Of a DNA stretch of 64,000 nt, positions 27,904 through 38,017 are shown in pieces. Within the stretch, counting starts at the first letter, position 1; each line of letters starts with the position of its first letter. The stretch covers positions 42,327 to 106,326 of the forward strand of contig CAWIXR010000001.1 of the NCBI GenBank assembly GCA_963840145.1. The letters run 5' to 3'. The translations under genes were made by a program, and so were the position numbers. The notes beneath the pieces were generated by a model that was given only the letters and a program-made list of their open reading frames with translations, was not told the DNA's origin and ran no database searches. The DNA is from an uncultured Chloroflexia bacterium. GTDB lineage: Bacteria > Chloroflexota > Limnocylindria > QHBO01.

Positions 27904-28338
27904 GGCACCTCCTGGCGTGGCAGCAGCACCGCGCACGCGGCAACTGAGCGTGAGTCTAGCGCGCCGGACCTCGCCGGCATCAGGGCGCAAGGCGGTGTCC
28001 GGCCGATGGTACGAACGCGCCATTGTTGACAGGACGCGACGGTCGGTAGCCTGCGCCACACGGAGTACCGACCACACGCGAGACGGGGCCACGCTGATGG
28101 CGCTGAACCCGATCGAGGGGAACGAAGCACGCCGACCGATCCCACGATCAGGTCGGATCCGGCGCTGCTCGGTGCGCCACGTGAGCATCCTCCCCGGCGA
28201 GCCGCCCTCGGTCCAGGTCGACTGCCTCCTCGGCGGCATCGAGCACCCGCTTCCGCTCGGCACGATGGACGAGGCGCGCCCGGTGTGCAACGCCTGCACG
28301 GCGAGATCGGTCTGGCGCGAGGACGAGGATTAGGCGAG

Positions 28339-28688
28339 GTCCCTGGAGAGCGGCCTGTAAGCCGAGTTCTGTCGTGAGCCGATGGATCGCCAATCGGTCA
28401 CGGACGGTCATCCATCTGTGCGACCTACCCGGGAGCTGAGCGAGCAACCTGCTGCGGCCGAAGCCGCCTTGCGCTCCCCTATTCGGTCTTGCTCCGGCTA
28501 GAGCTTGCCGCGTTTCACTCCCGCCGGCCCGGCCTCGTTGGCTGGGGGCGGGCATCGTCACTGTGGCGCTATTCCTCGCCTCACGGCGGACGGGCGTTAC
28601 CCGCTAGCCTGCTCTGAGGAGCTCGGACTTTCCTCGGACGCGGCCTTTCGACCGATGCGCCCGCGACCATCCGGCCGCCTCCAGGGAG
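28339..28688 (-). ncRNA. rnpB: RNase P RNA, bacterial type A
   Basis: Minus-strand RNA contains GAGGAAAGUCCGAGCUCC (P4 5' strand), GGGUAACGCCCG, GGGAGUGAAA, and ACAGAACUCGGCUUACAGG (P4 3' strand with compensatory CCGAG/CUCGG). P1 pairs CCCUGGAGGCGGCC…GGCCGCUCUCCAGGG. Confidence 0.9.
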
Positions 28689-28783
28689 AAACAGTGTACC
28701 CGACTCGAACATGCGTTCGACCTGGCTCCTGGCCGATGCGCCCGATGCGCAAGTGCGCCGCGTACGCGGCGCGAAGGACCAAC

Positions 28784-29203
28784 CTACCAGGGCGTCGCGC
28801 CATCTCCCGGCCCGTCGATGGCCACGTTGCTGAGCCGGTCGGCATCCTTGTTCAGCTCGCGCGGGACGTGGCCGACGGTATAGCCCTCGAGCTCGCGCAG
28901 CAACGACATCGTCGCCTCGTGGATCGGCTTCAGGTCTGGGTGCTTCACCTTATAGATACCGCTGATCTGGCGGGCGACGAGCTCGGAGTCCATCCGCAGG
29001 TCGACGTGCGTGGCGCCGAGCCGGCGTGCCTCCTCGAGCGCCAGCAGCACGGCGGTCCACTCCGCGACGTTGTTCGTGGCATGCCCGAGCGGCTCGGCGA
29101 TCTCCGCCACGGTCCGCCCGTCGGCGTCTCGCAGGATCGCGCCGGCGCCGGCAGGCCCGGGATTGCCGCGCGCCGCGCCATCGGTGTAGATCAGCAGCCT
29201 CAC
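28784..29203 (-). CDS. rnhA: ribonuclease HI
   Basis: VRLLIYTDGAARGNPGPAGAG…NNVAEWTAVLLALE…; catalytic D/E/D residues present. GTG start overlaps the sdhB TGA (GTGA). Confidence 0.88.
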   Translation of the reverse strand: MRLLIYTDGAARGNPGPAGAGAILRDADGRTVAEIAEPLGHATNNVAEWTAVLLALEEARRLGATHVDLRMDSELVARQISGIYKVKHPDLKPIHEATMSLLRELEGYTVGHVPRELNKDADRLSNVAIDGPGDGATPW

Positions 29204-29904
29204 GAGATGCCGGCGCCCCGGATCTCGTTCGTGACCTCGAGGATCGCGCGGGTGATCTTGATGTCGCGCGGGCAGGCCTCGACGCAATTGAACGTCGTGC
29301 GGCAACGCCACACGCCGTCGGGGTCGGCCATGATCTGCAGCCGCTCCTCGTGGGCGGTGTCGCGCGAATCGACGATGAACCGATGCGCGTTCACGATCGC
29401 CGCCGGCCCGACGTACTGCTGGTCGGACCAGAACACCGGGCAGCTCGTCGTGCACGCCGCGCACAGGATGCAGCGGCTGGTGTCCTCGTAGCGTTCGCGA
29501 TCGGCCTGCGACTGGCGGCGCTCCTTGCCGTCGGCGGGGATCTCGTCGTTGACGAGGTACGGCATCACCTGCTTGAACGAGTCCCAGAACGGCTCCATGT
29601 CGACGAGCAGGTCCTTGACGATGCCCATGCCGCGGATCGGCTCGACGGTGATCTTCGTCCCTGCGTCGCGCACGAGGAACTCGCAGGCGAGCCGGTTGCG
29701 GCCGTTGATCAGCATCGCGTCCGAGCCGCACACGCCGTGGGCGCAGGATCGGCGGAAGGTGAGCGTGCCGTCCTGGTACCACTTCACCTGGTGCAGGAGG
29801 TCGAGCACTCGGTCCGTCGGCTCGGCCTCGACCGCGTACTCCTCCCAGTGCGGCTCGCGGTCGAGCTCCGGGTTGTAGCGGAGAATCCGCAGCGTGACCT
29901 CCAT
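29200..29904 (-). CDS. sdhB: succinate dehydrogenase / fumarate reductase iron-sulfur subunit
   Basis: MEVTLRILRYNPE…; 2Fe-2S cluster cysteines (CAHGVCGSDAMLINGRNRLAC) and 4Fe-4S/3Fe-4S cysteines (CILCAACTTSCP…CVEACP). Confidence 0.92.
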   Translation of the reverse strand: MEVTLRILRYNPELDREPHWEEYAVEAEPTDRVLDLLHQVKWYQDGTLTFRRSCAHGVCGSDAMLINGRNRLACEFLVRDAGTKITVEPIRGMGIVKDLLVDMEPFWDSFKQVMPYLVNDEIPADGKERRQSQADRERYEDTSRCILCAACTTSCPVFWSDQQYVGPAAIVNAHRFIVDSRDTAHEERLQIMADPDGVWRCRTTFNCVEACPRDIKITRAILEVTNEIRGAGIS

Positions 29905-31697
29905 CAGTAGGTCCTCGCCTTCGGCTCGAACTTCGTAATCGTCACCGGCTTGTAGTCGAGGCCGATCTCCCCCGTCTGCGGCGAGCGCGTCACAAAGGTG
30001 TGCTTCAGCCACTGCTCGTCGTCGCGCTCGGGGAAGTCCTCGCGGGCGTGGCCGCCACGCGACTCCTTACGGGCCAGGGCCGAGGCCACGGTCGCCTCGG
30101 CGGTGTCGAGGAGGAACCCGAGCTCGAGGGCATCGGTCAGGTCCGTGTTGTAGCGGCAGCCGCGGTCGTCGACGCGCAGCGTCCGCGCCCGCTCCCGCAG
30201 CGACGCGACCTCGTCGCGCGCCTCGGTCAGCAGCCCCTCCGTGCGGTAGACGCCGCACTTCGTGAACATCGTCTCCTGGAGCTCGGTGCGGATGACGGCC
30301 GGCCGTTCGCCGTCGTGGCCAGCCAGCAGGCCGGAGACCAGCGCCTGGACCGATGCCTCCGCCTCGCGGTCGTCGGCGGGATCCGGCAACCCGGCCAGGT
30401 CAGCGGCCATCCGCTTCCCGGCGCGCCGCCCGAACACGAGGATGTCGAGCAGCGAGTTCGTCCCGAGTCGATTCGCGCCGTGAACGCTCACGCAGGCGAC
30501 CTCGCCCGCGGCGTACAGCCCGGGGATCGCCGTCCCGGCGGCGTCGGCCAGGGCGCGGCCGTCGATGTCGGTCGGGACGCCGCCCATCGCGTAGTGGGCG
30601 GTCGGCTGGATCGGCACGAGATCGGTCAGCGGCTCGAGGCCGAAGTAGGTCCGGATGAAGCCGCTCATGTCGGGGAGCTTCTTGTCGAGCACCTCGGCGC
30701 CGAGGTGGCGGACGTCGAGATGGACGTAGTCCTTGCCGCCGATCCCCCGCCCCTCGGCGACCTCCAGGTAGATGGAGCGCGAGACGACGTCGCGGGAGGC
30801 GAGGTCCTTCATCGTCGGGGCGTAGCGCTCCATGAATCGCTCGCCGGTGTCGTTGACGAGGAAGCCGCCCTCGCCACGCATCGCCTCACTGAGCAGGAAG
30901 CCGAGCTTGTACATGCCGGTCGGGTGGAACTGGAAGAACTCCATGTCCTCGAGCGGGAGGCCGCGGCGGTACGGGATCGCCATCCCGTCGCCGGTCAGGG
31001 TGTGCGCGTTCGAGGTGACCTTGAAGACCTTGCCGTAGCCGCCGGTCGCGAAGAGGACCGCCTTCGCGCGGAAGGCGTGGATCTCCGACGTCGCCAGCTG
31101 GAGGGCGAGCACCCCGCTCACCGGGCCGCCCAGGCCCTCGGGCAGGACCAGGTCGAGGACCTGGTACTCGTCGAAGAAGGCGACCTCGCGCCGGATGCAC
31201 TGCTGGAAGAGGGTCTGGAGAATCGCGTGCCCGGTGCGGTCGGCGGCGAAGCACGAGCGCCGAACCGGTCCCTCACCGTAGTTGCGGGTGTGTCCGCCGA
31301 ATCGGCGTTGGTTGATCAGCCCTTCGGGAGTGCGGTCGAACGGCAGGCCGAGGTGCTCGAGGTTGATGATCGTCTCGACCGCGTCCCGGCACATCACCTC
31401 GGCCGCGTCCTGGTCGACGAGGTAGTCACCGCCCTTGACGGTGTCGAACCAGTGCCACTCCCAGTGGTCCTCCTCGGTGTTGCCGAGCGCGGCGCACACC
31501 CCACCCTGCGCCGCCCCGGTGTGCGAACGAGACGGATAGAGCTTGGAGATCACACCGATGCGGGCCTCCGGCCCGAGCTCCTGCTTCAGCTCGAGCGCCG
31601 CGTACAGGCCGGCGCCCCCGGCGCCGACCACGACCGCGTCGAGATCGTGCACCCGGCTCGGCGGGATGACCGGGCTGCCGGTGGTGAAGAGGGTCAC
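29904..31697 (-). CDS. sdhA: succinate dehydrogenase flavoprotein subunit
   Basis: VVVGAGGAGLYAALE FAD-binding site, …RSHTGAAQGG… covalent FAD histidine region. GTG start overlaps the sdhD stop. Confidence 0.93.
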   Translation of the reverse strand: MTLFTTGSPVIPPSRVHDLDAVVVGAGGAGLYAALELKQELGPEARIGVISKLYPSRSHTGAAQGGVCAALGNTEEDHWEWHWFDTVKGGDYLVDQDAAEVMCRDAVETIINLEHLGLPFDRTPEGLINQRRFGGHTRNYGEGPVRRSCFAADRTGHAILQTLFQQCIRREVAFFDEYQVLDLVLPEGLGGPVSGVLALQLATSEIHAFRAKAVLFATGGYGKVFKVTSNAHTLTGDGMAIPYRRGLPLEDMEFFQFHPTGMYKLGFLLSEAMRGEGGFLVNDTGERFMERYAPTMKDLASRDVVSRSIYLEVAEGRGIGGKDYVHLDVRHLGAEVLDKKLPDMSGFIRTYFGLEPLTDLVPIQPTAHYAMGGVPTDIDGRALADAAGTAIPGLYAAGEVACVSVHGANRLGTNSLLDILVFGRRAGKRMAADLAGLPDPADDREAEASVQALVSGLLAGHDGERPAVIRTELQETMFTKCGVYRTEGLLTEARDEVASLRERARTLRVDDRGCRYNTDLTDALELGFLLDTAEATVASALARKESRGGHAREDFPERDDEQWLKHTFVTRSPQTGEIGLDYKPVTITKFEPKARTY

Positions 31698-32140
31698 GAG
31701 AACGGACCTGTCGGCGGCGCGGTGTTCGGGTCGAAGAAGACGATGACCGCCATGCCGAGGATCAGCCAGATCGCGCTGATCGCCAACAGGATCCCGACGA
31801 GGAGGCTTCGCAGCCCGCGGTGGGTCACGTAGTCGCCGATCACGACCCGCGTGCCGTTCGCGCCGTGGACGAACGCCAGCAGCAGCAGGAGGAAGTCGTA
31901 GATCCGCCAGAACGGCGTCCCCCATCGGCTCTGCACGAAGGCGAAGTTGATCTCGTTGCCGGTCAGCTCGACGAGCACGTGCATGATGAACATGTGGCCG
32001 AGGGCCAGGATCACCAGCGCCAGGCCCGAGAGGCGCATGAAGTACCACCAGAACCGCTCGCGGCCGGATGCCTCGGGACGCGGGCGCGCGGCGCGCGAGG
32101 GGTTCGCGTAGATGACGCGCGGGCGGCGGACGGCGGTCAT
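31694..32140 (-). CDS. sdhD: succinate dehydrogenase hydrophobic membrane anchor subunit
   Basis: 148 aa, three TM helices. Second gene of the sdhCDAB-order operon. Confidence 0.75.
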   Translation of the reverse strand: MTAVRRPRVIYANPSRAARPRPEASGRERFWWYFMRLSGLALVILALGHMFIMHVLVELTGNEINFAFVQSRWGTPFWRIYDFLLLLLAFVHGANGTRVVIGDYVTHRGLRSLLVGILLAISAIWLILGMAVIVFFDPNTAPPTGPFS

Positions 32141-32144
32141 CGGC

Positions 32145-32546
32145 TCAGCCCCATGGCATGAACGGGCGGGTCATGATGAAGGCCAGCGGGATCATCGCCA
32201 CGACCGTCGCGCCGATCACGCCGTAGGTCAGCGGCCGGTAGTAGACGGTCAGCCCCGGCCAGAAGTCCATGGCGATCACCCGCAGCCCGTTGAGCGCGTG
32301 GTAGACGAGAGCCGCCATCAGCACGACCTCGCCGAGCCGCGCGGGCAGGTTCTTGAAGATGCCGACCGCGGCGTCGTAGACCTCCGGACCGAAGAGGACC
32401 GTCGAGGTCTCGACGACATGCATGAACAGGTAGAAGAGCACGCCGAGCCCGCTGACGCGGTGGCCGAACCAGGCCAGCTCGGCCCATGACACGCGGTATC
32501 CGAAGACGGTGATCACGTCGGCGAAAACGATCCTCCCACGGGGCAC
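32145..32546 (-). CDS. sdhC: succinate dehydrogenase cytochrome b subunit
   Basis: 133 aa, three TM helices with a conserved His. First gene of the sdh operon. Confidence 0.75.
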   Translation of the reverse strand: MPRGRIVFADVITVFGYRVSWAELAWFGHRVSGLGVLFYLFMHVVETSTVLFGPEVYDAAVGIFKNLPARLGEVVLMAALVYHALNGLRVIAMDFWPGLTVYYRPLTYGVIGATVVAMIPLAFIMTRPFMPWG

Positions 32547-32583
32547 CGCCCATCAGGCGACACAGGCGAGCGGCCCCTCGATT

Positions 32584-33591
32584 CTATCGCGCCAACCGGG
32601 CCGCCACCGCCTCGGCGAACTCGCGGGTGCCTGCGGCCCCGCCCAGATCGTAGGTCACCGTCGTGCCCTCGGCGATCACGTCGCGAGTGGCCGTCTCGAC
32701 GGCGTCGGCCGCATCGGTTTCGCCGAGGTGGCGCAGCATCAGCGCGCCGGACAGGATCAGTGCGGTGGGGTTCGCCTTGTTCTGGCCCGCGTACTTCGGG
32801 GCCGATCCGTGGACGGGCTCGAAGACGGCCGCCTTCTCGCCGATGTTCGCCCCCGGCGCGACTCCCAGCCCGCCGACGAGCCCGGCCGCCAAGTCGCTGA
32901 CGATGTCGCCGTAGAGGTTCGGAAGGACGAGCACGTCGTAGAGCTCGGGCTTCTGGACGAGCTGCATGCACATGTTGTCGACGATGCGGTCCTCGAACTC
33001 GACTCTGCCCGCGTACTCCGTGGCGACCTGCTGGCAGCTCTCGAGGAAGAGGCCGTCCGACAGCTTCATGATGTTCGCCTTGTGCACCGCGGTGACCTTG
33101 CGCCGGCCGTTCTTGACGGCGTACTCGAAGGCGTAGCGCGCGATCCGCTGCGACGCAGCGCGGGTGATGATCTTGATGCTCTCGGCCGCGTCCGGTCCGA
33201 CACGGTGCTCGATCCCCGCGTACAGGTCCTCGGTGTTCTCGCGGACGATGATCAGGTCGACGTCCTCGTAGCGACTCTCGACGCCGGCCATCGTGCGCGC
33301 GGGCCGGACGTTGGCATACAGCTCGAGCGCCTGGCGCAGGCCGACGTTGACGGAGCGGAACCCGGAGCCGACGGGCGTCGTGATCGGTCCCTTCAGAGCG
33401 ATGCTGTTGGCGCGAATGGACTCGAGCACCCGCTCCGGCAGCGGCGTTCCCTCGCTGGCGATCGTCGCCTCGCCGGCCTCCTGGACATCCCACTCGAAGC
33501 CGATGCCGGTCGCCTCCAGCACCCTCCTGGCCGCCACGGCCAGCTCTGGACCGATCCCGTCCCCGGGGATCAGCGTGACGGTGTAGCTCAC
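32584..33591 (-). CDS. icd: isocitrate dehydrogenase, NAD-dependent type (isocitrate/isopropylmalate dehydrogenase family)
   Basis: [16 protein letters not shown]…, …[19 protein letters not shown]… Start taken at the GTG preceded by GAGGTGAT; the track ORF extends to 33663. TCA-cycle context argues for IDH rather than LeuB. Confidence 0.8.
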   Translation of the reverse strand: MSYTVTLIPGDGIGPELAVAARRVLEATGIGFEWDVQEAGEATIASEGTPLPERVLESIRANSIALKGPITTPVGSGFRSVNVGLRQALELYANVRPARTMAGVESRYEDVDLIIVRENTEDLYAGIEHRVGPDAAESIKIITRAASQRIARYAFEYAVKNGRRKVTAVHKANIMKLSDGLFLESCQQVATEYAGRVEFEDRIVDNMCMQLVQKPELYDVLVLPNLYGDIVSDLAAGLVGGLGVAPGANIGEKAAVFEPVHGSAPKYAGQNKANPTALILSGALMLRHLGETDAADAVETATRDVIAEGTTVTYDLGGAAGTREFAEAVAARLAR

Positions 33592-33696
33592 CGGGTGATC
33601 ACCTCGCGTGGGGCCGGTCAAAGCGCCGGCGTACGGTTCCCGAGTGTAGCGGTCCGTGGGCATTGGCCTGCGAGTCGCCGGGGTCGGCGACCCTGT

Positions 33697-33815
33697 GTTG
33701 CGCCGAGTGCAACCAAGTGCGAAGGAAAGGCCGCTCGTTCAACCTGGGTTGCGTCCGGTGCACCACGCGTCGAAGGAACGACCGTTCGCTCGGAATTGGT
33801 TGCACCGCATGCAAC
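33697..33815. promoter_or_regulatory. Three palindromic sites GTTGC-N7-GCAAC, 51 bp apart (33697-33713, 33748-33764, 33799-33815), each within a degenerate ~51-bp repeat unit, in the icd/sucC divergent promoter region. The third site lies next to a -10-like TAGAAT (33841-33846).
   Basis: Read directly: GTTGCgccgagtGCAAC, GTTGCgtccggtGCACC, GTTGCaccgcatGCAAC. Confidence 0.55.
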
Positions 33816-33886
33816 TCTCGGGGTCGGGCACGAACCCCGCTAGAATCGGGCTCCCCGAGTCATTCCGTTCAGAGGAGCCTGCCGGC

Positions 33887-35027
33887 GTGAAGCTCCAGGA
33901 GTATCGGTCCAAGGAGATCCTCGCCCGTCACGGCGTCCCGCTGACCGCCGGCGAGACGGCGACGACGCCGGCGGACGCGCGCGCCGCGGCCGAGCGGATC
34001 GGCGGCCCGGTGGTGATCAAGGCCCAGGTGCTCGTCGGCGGCCGCGGCAAGGCCGGCGGCGTGAAGGTCGCGCAGACGCCGGCCGAGGCGGAAGAGCGGG
34101 CGCGCGAGATCATCGGCCTCGACATCAAGGGCACGACCGTGAAGACCGTGCTCGTCGCGCCGGCGGCGAAGATCGCAAAGGAGTTCTACCTCGGGCCTGA
34201 TCCTCGACCGCGCGGCGAAGGCGATCACCGTGATCGCGAGCGCCGAGGGCGGCGTCGAGATCGAGGAGACGGCGCGGACGAACCCCGAGGCGATCCTGCG
34301 GCTGTCGCTGCACCCGCTCATCGGCCTCCAGGAGCACGAGGTGCGGCGCATCGGCTTCTTCCTGGGCATCCCGGCCGAGCTGCGCAAGGACTTCGCATCG
34401 ATGATGCGCGGGCTGTACCGGGCCTTCGTCGAGTCCGACGCCGACCTCGCCGAGATCAACCCGCTGGTCCTGACCGATGCGGGCCAGCTCGAGGCCCTCG
34501 ACGCGAAGATCGTGCTCGACGACTCGGCGCTCCCCCGCCACCCCGACCTGGAGGAAATGCGCGACCTCAACGAGGAGGAGCCATCCGAGATCGCGGCGCG
34601 CGAGGCGGGCATCAGCTTCATCAAGCTCGACGGGTCCATCGGCTGCATGGTCAACGGTGCCGGCCTGGCGATGACGACGATGGACCTCGTCAAGCTGGCC
34701 GGCGGCGAGCCCGCGAACTTCCTCGACATCGGCGGTGGCGCCAAGGCCGATCGGGTGGCCGCGGCCTTCAAGATCATCCTCGACGATCAGAACGTGAAGG
34801 CCATCCTCATCAACATCTTCGGCGGCATCACCCGCGGCGACGAGGTCGCCCGCGGCATCGTCGAGGCCCGCTCGAAGCTCACGCGCGATGTGCCGATGGT
34901 CGTCCGCATCGTCGGCACGAACGCCGAAGAGGCGAAGCCGATCCTCGCGAAGGCGAACCTCATCACCGCCGACTCGCTCGACGACGCGGCGGCCAAGGCG
35001 GTGGCTGCGGTCGGGGGTGCGGCGTGA
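33887..35027 (+). CDS. sucC: succinyl-CoA synthetase (ADP-forming) beta subunit, interrupted by a 1-nt frameshift in the GGG run at 34193-34195
   Basis: N-terminus [19 protein letters not shown]…AKEFYLG is in frame 2. The continuation [25 protein letters not shown]… through the C-terminus is in frame 0. Deleting one G restores a full-length SucC. GTG start is preceded by AGAGGAG. Confidence 0.85.
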
Positions 35028-35905
35028 GCATCCTCGTCAACCGCGACACCCGGCTGCTGGTCCAGGGCATCACCGGTCGCGAGGGCGAGTTCCACTCGAC
35101 GGCGATGCTCGAGTACGGCACGGACATCGTGGCCGGCGTGACGCCCGGCAAGGGCGGGCAGTCGGCGCTGGACGGTCGCGTGCCGGTGTTCGACACCGTG
35201 GCCGATGCGGTCGCCCAGACCGGCGCGAACGCCTCGTGCATCTTCGTCCCGGCGGCCTTCGCCCCCGACGCGATGCTCGAGGCGGCGGACGCGGGCGTCC
35301 CGCTGGTCGTCTGCATCACCGAGGGCGTCCCCGCGCTCGACATGCTCACCGTCTACCACGTGCTGCGCGCGAAGGGCGTGCGGCTGATCGGCCCGAACTG
35401 CCCGGGGCTGACCTCGGTCGGCGAGGCCAAGGTCGGGATCATCCCCGGCAACATCCACGCGCGCGGGCCGGTCGGCCTGGTGTCCCGTTCCGGGACGCTG
35501 ACCTACGAGGTCGTCCAGGCCATGACCGATGCGGGCATGGGCCAGACGACGACCCTCGGGATCGGCGGCGACCCGATCGTCGGCACGAGCTTCATCGACG
35601 CCCTCGACCTCTTCAACCAGGACCCCGAGACCGAGGCGATCGTGATGATCGGCGAGATCGGCGGCGAGGAGGAGGAGAAGGCGGCGGCCTTCGTTGCCCG
35701 CGAGGTGCGCAAGCCGATGGCCGCCTTCATCGCCGGCCGCACCGCCCCGCCCGGACGGCGGATGGGCCACGCCGGGGCGATCATCTCGACCACTGGCGGC
35801 GGGACCGCCGAGTCGAAGCGGGCCGCGCTCGAGGAGGCCGGCGTGCGCGTCGCCGACTCGCCTTCGCAGATCCCGCAGCTGCTGCGAGACGCCGGCGTCG
35901 GCTAG
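35024..35905 (+). CDS. sucD: succinyl-CoA synthetase alpha subunit
   Basis: [21 protein letters not shown]…, with the CoA-binding and phosphohistidine regions. GTGA overlap with the sucC stop. Confidence 0.93.
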   Translation: MSILVNRDTRLLVQGITGREGEFHSTAMLEYGTDIVAGVTPGKGGQSALDGRVPVFDTVADAVAQTGANASCIFVPAAFAPDAMLEAADAGVPLVVCITEGVPALDMLTVYHVLRAKGVRLIGPNCPGLTSVGEAKVGIIPGNIHARGPVGLVSRSGTLTYEVVQAMTDAGMGQTTTLGIGGDPIVGTSFIDALDLFNQDPETEAIVMIGEIGGEEEEKAAAFVAREVRKPMAAFIAGRTAPPGRRMGHAGAIISTTGGGTAESKRAALEEAGVRVADSPSQIPQLLRDAGVG

Positions 35906-35974
35906 GCGGTCGGGCTGCGCCCCGACTGGCGGATCCGCGCGGTCCGCGCCATCAGCAGCTCGAAACCGCATCCA

Positions 35975-36397
35975 TCAGGGCCGCTCCTGCACGTCGAGCA
36001 GCTCCCAGAGGACGCCGTTGAGCGAGCGCGGGTGGACGAAGGCGACCGTGCCATGGGCTCCGGGCCGCGGCTCGCGATCGATCAGCTCGGCCTCGGCGGC
36101 GGCCAGCGCCTCGAGCGAGGCCGGCAGGTCATCGGTCAGGAAGCAGACATGGTGGACGCCCTCGCCATGAGTGGCGAGGTAGCGGGCGACGCCGCCCTCG
36201 TCGTCGATCGGCTCGACCAGCTCGATCCGCGCCGACGGATCGGGGCCGGTCGGCAGGAAGACGAGGCGCACGCGCTGGGGAGCGAACGTCATCGGCGGCC
36301 CCTCTGGCTCGAGGCCGAATAGCTCCCGGTAGCGGGGCAGCGCCTCGTCGATCGAGCGGACGACGATCGCGACGTGATGGATCGGCCCGATGCTCAC
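35975..36397 (-). CDS. mce: methylmalonyl-CoA epimerase (VOC/glyoxalase fold)
   Basis: [28 protein letters not shown]…[12 protein letters not shown]… GTG start overlaps the mutase TGA stop. Confidence 0.75.
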   Translation of the reverse strand: MSIGPIHHVAIVVRSIDEALPRYRELFGLEPEGPPMTFAPQRVRLVFLPTGPDPSARIELVEPIDDEGGVARYLATHGEGVHHVCFLTDDLPASLEALAAAEAELIDREPRPGAHGTVAFVHPRSLNGVLWELLDVQERP

Positions 36398-37995
36398 GGG
36401 CGGTGCTCGCCCCACACGCCGCGCAGCGCGGTGGCGATCTCGCCGAGAGTGACGTCCGCCTCGACGGCGGTGCGGATGCGGGGCAGGACGTTCTCGGTGC
36501 CGGTCGCCGCGGAGGTCAGCGCGGCCAGGGCGGCGTCGGCGGCGGCCCGGTCGCGTCGCGCGCGGACGGCTCGCGTCCGCTCGACCTGCTGCTCCTCGAG
36601 CTCGGGGTCGATCGCCTGCGGGGCCGGGCGCTGCTCGTCACCCTCGTCGGCGAATGCGTTGACGCCGACGATGACCCGCTCCCCGGCCTCGATCGCCCGC
36701 TGTACCGCGTACGCCGCGTCGCCGATCGCATCGGGCTGGTAGCCGGCCTCCAGCGCGACGAGCGTGCCGCCGAGCTCGTCGATGTGCGCCAGCTCGGCGA
36801 CGGCGCCGGCGAAGATCGTCTCGGTCAGGGTCTCGACGTAGTACGAGCCCGCCAGCGGGTCGACGGTCGCTGCGACGCCGGCCTCGTGATACAGCACTTG
36901 TTGTGTTCGGAGGGCGAGGCGGGCAGTCGCCGGCGTGGGTAGGCCGAGCGCCTCGTCCAGGGCATTCGTGTGCAGCGACTGCGTCCCGCCGAGGACCGCG
37001 GCCAGCGCCTGGACGGTCGTGCGCACGACGTTGACGTCCGGCTGCTGCGCGGTGAGCGTCGAGCCGCCGGTCTGGACGTGGAATCGCATCGCCAGGCTCT
37101 TTGGATCCTTCGCCCCGAACCTGTCGCGGGCGACGGTCGCCCAGGTGCGCCGAGCGGCGCGAAACTTCGCGACCTCCTCGAGCAGGTCGCCGTGGGCGGC
37201 GAAGAAGAAGGAGAGGCGCGGCGCGAAGTCGTCGAAGGCCATCCCGGCGGCCAGCGCCGCATCGGCATAGGCGATCGCGTTGGCGACCGTGAAGGCAACC
37301 TCCTGGATCGCCGTGGATCCCGCCTCGCGCATGTGGTAGCCGCTGATGCTGATCGTGTTCCATGCCGGCAGCTCAGTGCGGCAGTAGGCGAAGGTGTCGG
37401 TCACCAGGCGCATCGAAGGGCCGGGCGGGAAGATGTAGGTGCCCCGCGCGATGTACTCCTTGAGGACGTCGTTCTGGATCGTCCCACGAAGCCGATGCGG
37501 GTCGACGCCGCGGCGGCGCGCCACCGTCTCGTACAGCATCAGCAGGATCGCGGCGGTGGCGTTGATCGTCATCGAGGTGGAGACCTCGCCCGGGTCGATC
37601 CCGTCGAGGAGCAGCTCCATGTCGTCGATCGAGTCGATCGGCACCCCGGTCCGCCCCACCTCGCCGACCGCCATCGGGTCGTCGGAGTCGTACCCCATCT
37701 GGGTCGGCAGGTCGAAGGCGACCGACAGGCCGGTCTGGCCGCTGGCGAGGAGGTAGCGGAAGCGGCGGTTCGTCTCCTCGGCCGAGCCGAAGCCGGCGTA
37801 CTGGCGCATCGTCCACGGCCGGCCCCGATAGCCGTCCGGCCGAATGCCGCGGGTATACGGGAACGCGCCGGGCTCTCCCAGCGCGGCCGCCGGATCGAAG
37901 TCGGTGAGGTCCGCCGGGCCATAGACCGGCTCGATCTCGATGCCGGACGCGGACCGATGCGGACGGCGCCGCTCCGGCGCGTCGGGCTCGCTCAT
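36394..37995 (-). CDS. methylmalonyl-CoA mutase large subunit, catalytic (TIM-barrel) domain only; no B12-binding domain
   Basis: …[61 protein letters not shown]… The 533-aa product ends before any B12-binding domain. Confidence 0.88.
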   Translation of the reverse strand: MSEPDAPERRRPHRSASGIEIEPVYGPADLTDFDPAAALGEPGAFPYTRGIRPDGYRGRPWTMRQYAGFGSAEETNRRFRYLLASGQTGLSVAFDLPTQMGYDSDDPMAVGEVGRTGVPIDSIDDMELLLDGIDPGEVSTSMTINATAAILLMLYETVARRRGVDPHRLRGTIQNDVLKEYIARGTYIFPPGPSMRLVTDTFAYCRTELPAWNTISISGYHMREAGSTAIQEVAFTVANAIAYADAALAAGMAFDDFAPRLSFFFAAHGDLLEEVAKFRAARRTWATVARDRFGAKDPKSLAMRFHVQTGGSTLTAQQPDVNVVRTTVQALAAVLGGTQSLHTNALDEALGLPTPATARLALRTQQVLYHEAGVAATVDPLAGSYYVETLTETIFAGAVAELAHIDELGGTLVALEAGYQPDAIGDAAYAVQRAIEAGERVIVGVNAFADEGDEQRPAPQAIDPELEEQQVERTRAVRARRDRAAADAALAALTSAATGTENVLPRIRTAVEADVTLGEIATALRGVWGEHRP

Positions 37996-38017
37996 CGGCC
38001 TCCGATTGTAGCCGTGC

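Noticed and set aside
26944-28299. Full-length 451-aa track ORF for the membrane protein, and the 28505-29491(+) / 28148-28561(-) ORFs.
   Set aside because: They run through the rnpB RNA gene (28339-28688). The protein start was moved to the GTG at 27903, which has a strong SD.
33599-33890. Two small ORFs with internally repetitive peptides (33599-33814-, 33663-33890+).
   Set aside because: Their repetitiveness merely reflects the three 51-bp DNA repeat units and palindromes of the icd/sucC regulatory region. Not coding.
35909-35926. Short hairpin GTCGGGCUGCGCCCCGAC after sucD, as a candidate intrinsic terminator.
   Set aside because: The stem is only 6 bp and no U-tract follows. Too weak to call.
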